Shown here piece after piece: positions 37,209 through 44,484 of a stretch of 47,141 nt of DNA. The position numbers and the translations under genes were made by a program. Location of the stretch: contig JAQTPE010000003.1 of the NCBI GenBank assembly GCA_028748925.1, positions 1 through 47,141 of the forward strand, written 5' to 3'. The number at the start of each line of letters is the position of its first letter. Position 1 is the stretch's first letter. The stretch comes from Candidatus Omnitrophota bacterium (GTDB lineage: Bacteria; Omnitrophota; Gorgyraeia; 2-01-FULL-45-10). The notes below the pieces were generated by a model. That model was not told the origin of the DNA. It did no database searches and worked only from the letters and a program-made list of their open reading frames with translations.

Positions 37209-37367
37209 ATGGTTGAGCGCAGTGATTATAATGGTAAGCCCATTCTGGTTTTGAGACGTAGCGAGGATGATAAATTCCCGTTCTCATTTGGCATCAACAA
37301 AGCAAAGTTGATACTGGAAAACCTCGAAGAGATAAAGAAATTCGTAGCGGAGAATACACAAGAGTAA
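37209..37367 (+). CDS. hypothetical 52-aa protein (not in ORF track)
   Basis: MVERSDYNGKPILVLRRSEDDKFPFSFGINKAKLILENLEEIKKFVAENTQE; AGGAGGAG with its core about 5-6 nt upstream; followed by a strong terminator. Confidence 0.5.
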   Translation: MVERSDYNGKPILVLRRSEDDKFPFSFGINKAKLILENLEEIKKFVAENTQE

Positions 37368-37388
37368 AAATTAATACAATATGCGATA

Positions 37389-37434
37389 GGGGTCAGGCGC
37401 TTTTTAGTAAAAAAGCGCCTGACCCCTTTTCTTT
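37389..37434 (+). terminator. intrinsic terminator
   Basis: GGGGTCAGGCGCTTTTT-AGT-AAAAAGCGCCTGACCCC perfect 17-bp stem, then TTTTCTTT. Confidence 0.85.
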
Positions 37435-37488
37435 GCTATTTTTATATGATATACTTGTAATCGACAGTTAGGATTACCTGTTGAAAAA

Positions 37489-37604
37489 GGCAAACCAAGA
37501 GTAATCTTGGGACGCAAAGCCATAGGGCCCGTTGAGAAACGGGAAGCCTGGTTGCCAAAGGGGTGGAAGCTTAAAGACCCTAAGGTTTTTGCCTTAGGGT
37601 TTTT
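37489..37604 (+). promoter_or_regulatory. c-di-GMP-I (GEMM-I) riboswitch aptamer (37489-37556) plus terminator expression platform (37577-37604)
   Basis: GGCAAACC-AAGA-GUAA-UCUU-GGGACGCAAAGCC-AUAGGG-CCCGUU-GAGA-AACGGG-AAGCCUGGUUGCC. P1 is GGCAA(A)CC/GGUUGCC, P2 has a GNRA loop, and the GACGCAAAGCC core is invariant. Then ACCCTAAGG-TTTTTG-CCTTAGGGT-TTTT. Confidence 0.8.
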
Positions 37605-37652
37605 CGCTTTCATATGCCCTTCGGCCTCCTCTTTTAGGATGGGGGTGAGCCG

Positions 37653-38222
37653 ATGGTCGGTCATAATGCCGCAATTCTTATATACCGGAACGCATTAGCG
37701 CTATTCTGCGCAGCTGGTATAACCGTATCTCCGGCCGCAATATCAAAAGAGACGCCTCTCCCAAAACCATCATTGTCAATAAGCCTTCCCGGAGAGAGGA
37801 CCTATACATTTTCAAAGACGGAATTATGGCGTTATTTGAGAGCGGGTATAAATTATCTTGAAGTCTCGGGCAGGGATGTCCCTGTTTATTATAAACATCC
37901 CGGCGGAAAGGCTTACGGTCCGCTGGCATTAACGCCCATAGCCGTTAAAGATGTAAAACTTCATTACCCGCAATTGTCGGCTTATACGTTTGATAACGTG
38001 TTGTCGGATCATGAGCTCTATGAGAAATTCGCCGCGGCCTACGCCGAACTTCTCCTGAAACATTATCTTAAGATCGATTATTTCGGTATGACTAAAGAGG
38101 ATGTTTTTGAGGCGCTCCAGAAAGGATGGTTTCTCGGTCCGACTCTCTATAAGAAAGGCCATCCTGTTATAATTTCCCGCCAAAAACGGGCCGCCGAATA
38201 TATCCGGTCAATGAGTGTTTGA
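37653..38222 (+). CDS. hypothetical exported protein downstream of the riboswitch (weak lytic-transglycosylase-like motif)
   Basis: 189 aa; hydrophobic N-terminus; LEVSG ... YGPLALTPIAV loosely resembles the ES...GLMQLMP pattern of SLT domains; function not established. Confidence 0.6.
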   Translation: MVGHNAAILIYRNALALFCAAGITVSPAAISKETPLPKPSLSISLPGERTYTFSKTELWRYLRAGINYLEVSGRDVPVYYKHPGGKAYGPLALTPIAVKDVKLHYPQLSAYTFDNVLSDHELYEKFAAAYAELLLKHYLKIDYFGMTKEDVFEALQKGWFLGPTLYKKGHPVIISRQKRAAEYIRSMSV

Positions 38223-38291
38223 TAAATACTATCATCTATGTTACAATTAAAACATATTTCGTATGCGCAGGAAATACGAACGATATCGGTC

Positions 38292-38383
38292 GGAGAGGTC
38301 GCCTAGTGGCCTAGGGCGGCGGTTTGCTAAACCGCTATATGGGTAATACCGTATCGAGAGTTCAAATCTCTCCCTCTCCGCCA
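38292..38383 (+). tRNA. tRNA-Ser (anticodon GCU), long variable arm, CCA encoded
   Basis: Acceptor GGAGAGG/CCTCTCC, anticodon stem GCGGT/ACCGC with loop TTGCTAA, ~20-nt variable arm, T arm GAGAG-TTCAAAT-CTCTC. Confidence 0.9.
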
Positions 38384-38440
38384 TTTTTACTTTATTTTAT
38401 CTGGTTAGAAATGAGTTTTTGTGATATATTTGTTTAAGAT

Positions 38441-38830
38441 ATGATACTGCATAATCGCAAAGGATTTACTCTCGCGGATATTATTTTAATCCTGATAGTG
38501 GTCGCTATAATGGCGGTATCGGGACTGGGTTTTTATTCATTGCTCTTTCAGCAACAGCAGAGGATCGTTCAGCAGATGACGGGCATAAATCTGGTGATGG
38601 CGCAGATAGAGGACCTGCTTGCCGAAGATTATAGCGCGGACGACCTGTTGCAAGGAAACAACAAAACTCCTACAATAAGTCCCATACCGGATGGGTATAC
38701 ATCCACTTCCTACACCGTAGAAGACCGAACTTATAACGGAATGTCATACAAGCGGATAACCGCGACGACGACTACTCCCGCTCCGGTATCGAGAACAATT
38801 CAACTGATAGGGTTCAAGGTGGACCAATGA
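38441..38830 (+). CDS. prepilin-type N-terminal domain (pilin/pseudopilin-like) protein
   Basis: 129 aa; NRKGFTLADIILILIVVAIMAV = class III signal-like G/FTL with Asp at +5, followed by a hydrophobic helix. Confidence 0.65.
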   Translation: MILHNRKGFTLADIILILIVVAIMAVSGLGFYSLLFQQQQRIVQQMTGINLVMAQIEDLLAEDYSADDLLQGNNKTPTISPIPDGYTSTSYTVEDRTYNGMSYKRITATTTTPAPVSRTIQLIGFKVDQ

Positions 38831-39231
38831 CAGCCAAATATTCCAAAAAAGGCTTTATCAGTATATTCTGGATAGCGGTGATGATGCTTATTACGACCGC
38901 GATCATGGTAACAGCCACATATATGTTCAGCACCTTTGCCGCAACTCCTGCTGAACAGCTATTGGTTCCGCTCCAGAATTACTATAACGCTGAATTCGGG
39001 ATATCATATGGAAATTTTAAAATTCCCACAGATCCGAACATAGTAAACCTATTTCAAAACTCAAGCTATACATATAATATCCCTTCCGCTATTATCGGGG
39101 CCGATCTTACCGTCACTATCACACGTCTTCATCCCGATGGATCGCCTAAACTTTATACGATTAGATCCACCGCAAATAACAGGATTATCACCGCTACCTG
39201 GAATAACGGCATCCTTACCCAGATAAATTAA
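38827..39231 (+). CDS. pilin-like hypothetical protein (atypical, no acidic +5)
   Basis: 134 aa; SKKGFISIFWIAVMMLITTAIMV; 4-nt overlap with the previous gene. Confidence 0.45.
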   Translation: MTAKYSKKGFISIFWIAVMMLITTAIMVTATYMFSTFAATPAEQLLVPLQNYYNAEFGISYGNFKIPTDPNIVNLFQNSSYTYNIPSAIIGADLTVTITRLHPDGSPKLYTIRSTANNRIITATWNNGILTQIN

Positions 39232-39364
39232 TCCTTAACGCTTGCCAAAGAAATTGTTTCGTGTTATACTTTGATAATACAATAGTTATTTTATTATATT
39301 GCATAGGGGTTATCTTTATATAATCTTAAATGTTAAAGCGAAACTGGATTAAAATATCGCTCAA

Positions 39365-39407
39365 AGACGCGAGTCTACAAACTCGGTTTGTACTTGCGTC
39401 TCTTTTT
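39365..39407 (+). terminator. intrinsic terminator between the pilin pair and the assembly genes
   Basis: AGACGCGAGT..ACAAAC-TCG-GTTTGT..ACTTGCGTCT compound hairpin, then CTTTTT. Confidence 0.6.
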
Positions 39408-39445
39408 ATGCCCATTATTTCTACTCTGTATATCGAAAAGGAGGA

Positions 39446-40186
39446 ATGTTGATAAAACTAACTATTTGGCGCATTTTGGCCGCAATGGCAATATTAGCTC
39501 TATTAGCGGTGACCTGGTATATGTTTATGTTAAACAAGAATATAAGCGCTAATAATGTGCGCCTGACCGAACAAAAACGGTATATTGAAAGAGAGCTTGA
39601 AGAACTCTATAAACAAAAAAAGGCGCTCGAAATAGAATTTGACAACGCGAAGAAAGAGAAAGAAGATCTCATAGACAAGATAGGTGATTATGAGACCATG
39701 GTAGAGAGGATGAAGTCCGAAAGCGAATCCAGGGCGAGAGGCCAGGAAGCCGAACTGAATAGAATAAAGGCCCTGCTGGCTCAAAGAGAGAAAGATCTTC
39801 CCGCGAAAGACGCTGAAATAAATTCATTGAAAGAGGCTTTGAGGCCAAGCAGGGAGAAGATAGAAGAGTTGACTAAGAAATTGAACAAGGCATCAAGGAA
39901 AATTATGACCAACGGCGGGATAAGCCTTCAGCCGATAACGGTCACGGCCGGCAAGGGTAAAATAAACGGTAAGGTGCTTGAGGTAAACCACGGATATGGT
40001 TTTCTCGTTGTAGATGTCGGGACCAGGGCAGGAGTCGAAAAAGGCGATACGCTCTTTGTGCTTAGAGATAACAAGCTCCTGGGGAAAATAGTCGTAGAGA
40101 GAACCGGTTACGATGTATGCGTGGCAAAGATACTGTATAAAGCGCTGGCCGACGCGGTTAAGAAAGGCGACCTGGTTTGCAACTGA
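39446..40186 (+). CDS. membrane-anchored coiled-coil protein with C-terminal beta-barrel-like domain
   Basis: 246 aa; TM helix, ~130-aa heptad region, C-terminal GKVLEVNHGYGFLVVDVG...GDTLFVLRDNKLLGKIVV; start may be TTG 39449. Confidence 0.55.
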   Translation: MLIKLTIWRILAAMAILALLAVTWYMFMLNKNISANNVRLTEQKRYIERELEELYKQKKALEIEFDNAKKEKEDLIDKIGDYETMVERMKSESESRARGQEAELNRIKALLAQREKDLPAKDAEINSLKEALRPSREKIEELTKKLNKASRKIMTNGGISLQPITVTAGKGKINGKVLEVNHGYGFLVVDVGTRAGVEKGDTLFVLRDNKLLGKIVVERTGYDVCVAKILYKALADAVKKGDLVCN

Positions 40187-40191
40187 TATAG

Positions 40192-41721
40192 ATGGAACCC
40201 CTCTTAGCGTTTAAAAAGATATTTTTTTCAAGTACCGCTATATACGTCAGTGAAGATTTCATAGACGTGGCGGAAGGCTCTACCGTATTCGGCGGCATGA
40301 AGATCTCCCTGCTGAAACGCTTTCCCATCGAGAAAAACACAAAAGGCCTGTCGTATGTGGATACAAATGTCGAGATAGGCAAGCTCATCGTGAAGCTCTT
40401 TCCCAAAGAGGAAGACAGGCCCTACAGGATAGCTATCAATGTACCCAACGCCCGTCTTATTTTGCGCCGATTTTCTATAAAAGGCGTTTCCAAAAACGAG
40501 ATCGACCAATCTATCGTCTTTGAAGCGCAGAAATATATCCCGTCGCTTATAGATAACCTTACCTATGGTTTTAAATCATATGTTTTAAGGCCCGGCCTGC
40601 GCGAGATAGTCTTCGCGGCGGTAGAGACGAAGAACATCCGTGAAACGATCGATTTCTTTTCCGAAAACAATATACATGCGTCTACGATCGAGCCTGTACC
40701 GGCATTGCTTGCCCGCTCGCTCAGCCTGAAGAAAAACCTGAGTAAAAAAGGCGCATATGTGTTTATACATTATGAACCGCATAACCGTGTTATCTTATGT
40801 GAAATATCGCACCGCTATCCTTACTTTTTCAAGGAACTTGTCATACCTCAGGTCGAAGCCGGTAAGAATGAGAACGGCTTAAGCTATCCTACATTGAAGG
40901 CAGTCTGGCCGCATATCGAGAAAGATGTGATAGGCGGCATAGACTATCTGAGAAAAGAGGCAAAAGAAAGAGTAGACGAGATACTCATCTCCGGTTTCGA
41001 ACCATCCGCCGATGAATTGGATCTGTCGCGGGAATTCGGCGTGCCTTTTGCGCGGCCAGATATGTCGTTCTTTAAAAATACAGATGAAAAGATAAAGGAC
41101 AGGCATCTGCCCGTCCTGATGCTGCTGCATGATCTGCAGAATAAGCCGTTTTTGAATATGGCGCCCGAAGACGTCGTTAAAAATGACCTGTGGATATTGA
41201 AAAAGGTGGCGATGAGATCGTTGATCATATTCCTGGTTATCATTGTTGCGCACCTCTTCCTTCTGGGAATAAATAACGCCAAGGCGGGCCGGGTGGCGAA
41301 CGCGCAGAAAGGCCTGGCGGCATACGAAGGCATTTCGGGAACCATCTCAAGGGAAGATATTCTGCGTTATAAAGATACGCTCACCGGCAAGGCGGCTCTG
41401 ATAAATACGCTTATAGATAAAAAATATTATCTTACGGAAAAACTGACGCAACTCAACGCGGCGTTACCGGAGGAATGCTGGGTAGACAATATCAGCTATG
41501 TCAATAAGACGTCCGCGGAACCCGCCGCCCCCGTTCTAACGGTGCGGGGATTCGTCTTTGCGGCGACGCCCTCAAGCAATACGGATCCCAATAAGATATT
41601 GGAAGCGATCAAACAGAATAAAAAGATAATGAGCGGATTTAAGAGCATAGAACTGGTCTCTGTAACGAAAAAGGAATACCTTAAGAACGAAATAACGGAA
41701 TTTGAGATCGTATTAAAATGA
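40192..41721 (+). CDS. PilM-like / PilN-like fusion protein (GspL-like architecture)
   Basis: 509 aa; ~330-aa cytoplasmic actin-like-sized domain, one TM (MRSLIIFLVIIVAHLFLLGI), ~150-aa periplasmic domain. Confidence 0.6.
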   Translation: MEPLLAFKKIFFSSTAIYVSEDFIDVAEGSTVFGGMKISLLKRFPIEKNTKGLSYVDTNVEIGKLIVKLFPKEEDRPYRIAINVPNARLILRRFSIKGVSKNEIDQSIVFEAQKYIPSLIDNLTYGFKSYVLRPGLREIVFAAVETKNIRETIDFFSENNIHASTIEPVPALLARSLSLKKNLSKKGAYVFIHYEPHNRVILCEISHRYPYFFKELVIPQVEAGKNENGLSYPTLKAVWPHIEKDVIGGIDYLRKEAKERVDEILISGFEPSADELDLSREFGVPFARPDMSFFKNTDEKIKDRHLPVLMLLHDLQNKPFLNMAPEDVVKNDLWILKKVAMRSLIIFLVIIVAHLFLLGINNAKAGRVANAQKGLAAYEGISGTISREDILRYKDTLTGKAALINTLIDKKYYLTEKLTQLNAALPEECWVDNISYVNKTSAEPAAPVLTVRGFVFAATPSSNTDPNKILEAIKQNKKIMSGFKSIELVSVTKKEYLKNEITEFEIVLK

Positions 41722-42305
41722 GCGACAGTATAAGAAAGATACTTGACGACAGGGAGAGATTTTCATTCGCGGTATTTATATTTCTGCTTTTAGTGTTCGC
41801 TTTCTTCTTATTGGTAAAATATGATCTGGGCACGTTCTTCCGTATGGACCGTATTCTCAAAGAGACGCATGAGAATCTTAATACTCTGGCAAATACGGTC
41901 GATTATAAAAACTACATAAATCAATTCGACTCGCAATTTGTCGGTACGGGAAACACGAGCGGGCTCATGGAGATCCTGACGGATCTTGTCAATGAGAAGA
42001 ATGTGACTCTGGAAAGCATAAAACCGCTGGAGAGTTATTCTGTGTTGGGATACAGGATAATCGGAGTAACCGCCGAAGGCACAGCTTCTTATCCGAGCAT
42101 CTTAAGTCTGTTATTCAGCATAGAAGACTATAGTAAATATATCCGTGTTGAATCGTTAACCATAAACGCGGGCAGGAAGTCGACCGATTTCCCCGATCCT
42201 TTTGTCGGGCGAGGCTTAATGCCGCCGCATATGCGGCCCGAACAGCCCGAAGCGCGTAAAACAAAATTCACATTGACTATAGTGTCCCCTGCAAGAGAGA
42301 TATGA
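41718..42305 (+). CDS. PilO/GspM-like pilus assembly protein
   Basis: 195 aa; N-terminal TM, coiled segment, ferredoxin-like C-terminus (VTLESIKPLE...IGVTAEGTASYPSILSLLFSIE). Confidence 0.55.
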   Translation: MSDSIRKILDDRERFSFAVFIFLLLVFAFFLLVKYDLGTFFRMDRILKETHENLNTLANTVDYKNYINQFDSQFVGTGNTSGLMEILTDLVNEKNVTLESIKPLESYSVLGYRIIGVTAEGTASYPSILSLLFSIEDYSKYIRVESLTINAGRKSTDFPDPFVGRGLMPPHMRPEQPEARKTKFTLTIVSPAREI

Positions 42306-42787
42306 TAGAATCCAGAAAAAAAGCGATAGAGATCGGTATAATAATCGTCGGCGTCCTTGTGCTCGTATTCCACGCTTTTAAGGTGACGGTGGCAAGAAAG
42401 AACAGCGAGAGCCGGATCACGATCGAAGTCCCGGCAAATTTTAATTTAGCGGAGGCAAAAAATACCCTGGCCGATATGGGTGGGGCGCGCCAAAAGAAGG
42501 AGCATCTGGAAGAACACCTGCGCGACATATTTCAGAAGCCGCTTAAGTTGACGGAGCTCGAACAGAGAAATTTAAGCGGAGCGATAGAAGACCAGGCATC
42601 CGTCCCGGAGGAAGAGAAACTTACGCTCGAAGGAATAATGTTCGGCGCAAGTGAAGGCAATATAGCCATAATTTCGGGTAAAGTCGTCAGGGAAGGCGAT
42701 ATGATAGGCCGCGCGGAAGTTAAAAAGATAGAGCCGGACAGGGTAATACTTTTAAAGAATGGTTCTCTGCAGGAACTAAAAAGATGA
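42302..42787 (+). CDS. PilP/GspC-like protein
   Basis: 161 aa; TM anchor; C-terminal LEGIMFGASEGNIAIISGKVVREGDMIG..V..IEPDRVILLKNG, typical of secretin-interacting HR domains. Confidence 0.5.
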   Translation: MIESRKKAIEIGIIIVGVLVLVFHAFKVTVARKNSESRITIEVPANFNLAEAKNTLADMGGARQKKEHLEEHLRDIFQKPLKLTELEQRNLSGAIEDQASVPEEEKLTLEGIMFGASEGNIAIISGKVVREGDMIGRAEVKKIEPDRVILLKNGSLQELKR

Positions 42788-44466
42788 GGTATAAGATGAG
42801 AGCAAAAAAGATTTTTGTTGTCGCGGGTGTTTTGTTTATCTGTTTTACGGCTGTATTGGCCGCCTTCGCCGTTGAAACGGCAAAGATGTATGATATTAAC
42901 GGTCATGCCGTTACCGGCCCGGTCTATGATAAGGACGCCGTCGTATCGCTCGACTTCGAAAATGCGGATCTCAAGAATGTTCTCAAAGCGTTTTCTATGC
43001 AGACCGGCATCAATTTTATCGCAAGCGATATAATCGAGGACAAGAAGATCACAGTATTCTTAAGCGGCGTTTCGGTCGAATCCGCTTTATTGTCCATGCT
43101 GGAGGCCAACGGCCTATTATATGAGAAGCAGCCCGGTAATGTCTATATGATCAAACCCACCGGCAAAGGCAATATCAAGACGATGACCAGGGTCTTCAGG
43201 ATGAACTATCTGCAGGTTTACAAGATGGCCGAAGCCATCGGAGCTACCGGAACGACTTCAAATATAACTATCATCGGACAGCCTGCCATAGCGCAGGCAG
43301 GGTCGGTCTCGTCGTCAACGGCTAATTCGGCCGCGACAGGCGGCCAGACGGGCGGCGGCGATGGCCAGGCGAAAAATATTATAGACATAATCCGAAGCCT
43401 GATGTCAAAATACGGCTCGATAATCGCGGACAGGAGAAGCAACAGTCTTATAATCACCGATATACCCGATGTTTTCGAAACCATAGAAGAGGTCGTAAAG
43501 AAACTTGATATAGAGCCGATCCAGATAGTGATCCAGGCCGAGATCATCGAAACTACCACTTCGGGCTTAAAGAGGATAGGCGCGGAATACGGTTCGGAGA
43601 CCCAGTTATTCAAGGCTACGTACACCGGAGCTTCAGATACCACGGCCGGTGCGACAAATTCCGAGAGCCCTACTTTTCCGACGCCGTTCCCGTTTACGCA
43701 ATCATTCCTGAAAAATACTTATGGGGCGACCCTTGCTAATTCGCCTTTTAGTTATGGTACGCTTACGATCGACGACATGGATTTTGTATTAAAATTATTG
43801 GCGCAGGACAGCGATACCAAATACTTATCGCGTCCGAAGATAATGACTATAAATAATGAACCTGCCATTATCAAAGTATCGGCCAACACGGCGATAGGTA
43901 CCAACAATACGAGCGTTTCGCAAACCGCTCAGAACATTACGACCGCCGAAAGAGCGGAGACGGGCATAATCCTTAAGGTGACGCCCCAGGTGAATGATAA
44001 TGGCGATATATTTATGTTCATCGAGCCGTCTGTTTCCAGGGCCGTTCCGTCGACCCTCTCCGCGTCTTTTTACGATCCAAGTTATCGCAGCGCGGCGAGC
44101 ACCGTCATGGTACGCGATATGGATACGGTCGTAGTGGCGGGACTGATAGAGACCAATAATTTCAAGACTACGCGGAAGATACCTTTTCTCGGAGATATAC
44201 CTTTAATAGGCGAGGCGTTCAAGTCGAAATATAATAAGACCGAGGATACCGAACTTTTGATGTTTATCACGCCCCGTGTAATTAAAAAACGTGACGCCGA
44301 AATTATAACCCCTCCCAACATGAGCGATCGCGGATATATGATAGACAAAACATTGGCGCAATATACTGAAAAAGTACCGGAACAGGATGATCTGAAACGC
44401 GACGCTGAGATAACGAAAGCGCTTAAGAAATACCCCGCTCTTACGGGTAAACCCAAAAAGAAATAG
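42784..44466 (+). CDS. secretin (PilQ/GspD family)
   Basis: 560 aa; signal peptide, N0/N1-like VSLDFENADLKNVLKAF and IADRRSNSLIITD, C-terminal secretin domain (TRKIPFLGDIPLIGEAFK...LMFITPRVI). Confidence 0.88.
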   Translation: MRYKMRAKKIFVVAGVLFICFTAVLAAFAVETAKMYDINGHAVTGPVYDKDAVVSLDFENADLKNVLKAFSMQTGINFIASDIIEDKKITVFLSGVSVESALLSMLEANGLLYEKQPGNVYMIKPTGKGNIKTMTRVFRMNYLQVYKMAEAIGATGTTSNITIIGQPAIAQAGSVSSSTANSAATGGQTGGGDGQAKNIIDIIRSLMSKYGSIIADRRSNSLIITDIPDVFETIEEVVKKLDIEPIQIVIQAEIIETTTSGLKRIGAEYGSETQLFKATYTGASDTTAGATNSESPTFPTPFPFTQSFLKNTYGATLANSPFSYGTLTIDDMDFVLKLLAQDSDTKYLSRPKIMTINNEPAIIKVSANTAIGTNNTSVSQTAQNITTAERAETGIILKVTPQVNDNGDIFMFIEPSVSRAVPSTLSASFYDPSYRSAASTVMVRDMDTVVVAGLIETNNFKTTRKIPFLGDIPLIGEAFKSKYNKTEDTELLMFITPRVIKKRDAEIITPPNMSDRGYMIDKTLAQYTEKVPEQDDLKRDAEITKALKKYPALTGKPKKK

Positions 44467-44484
44467 GTAAAGGGATAATATAGA

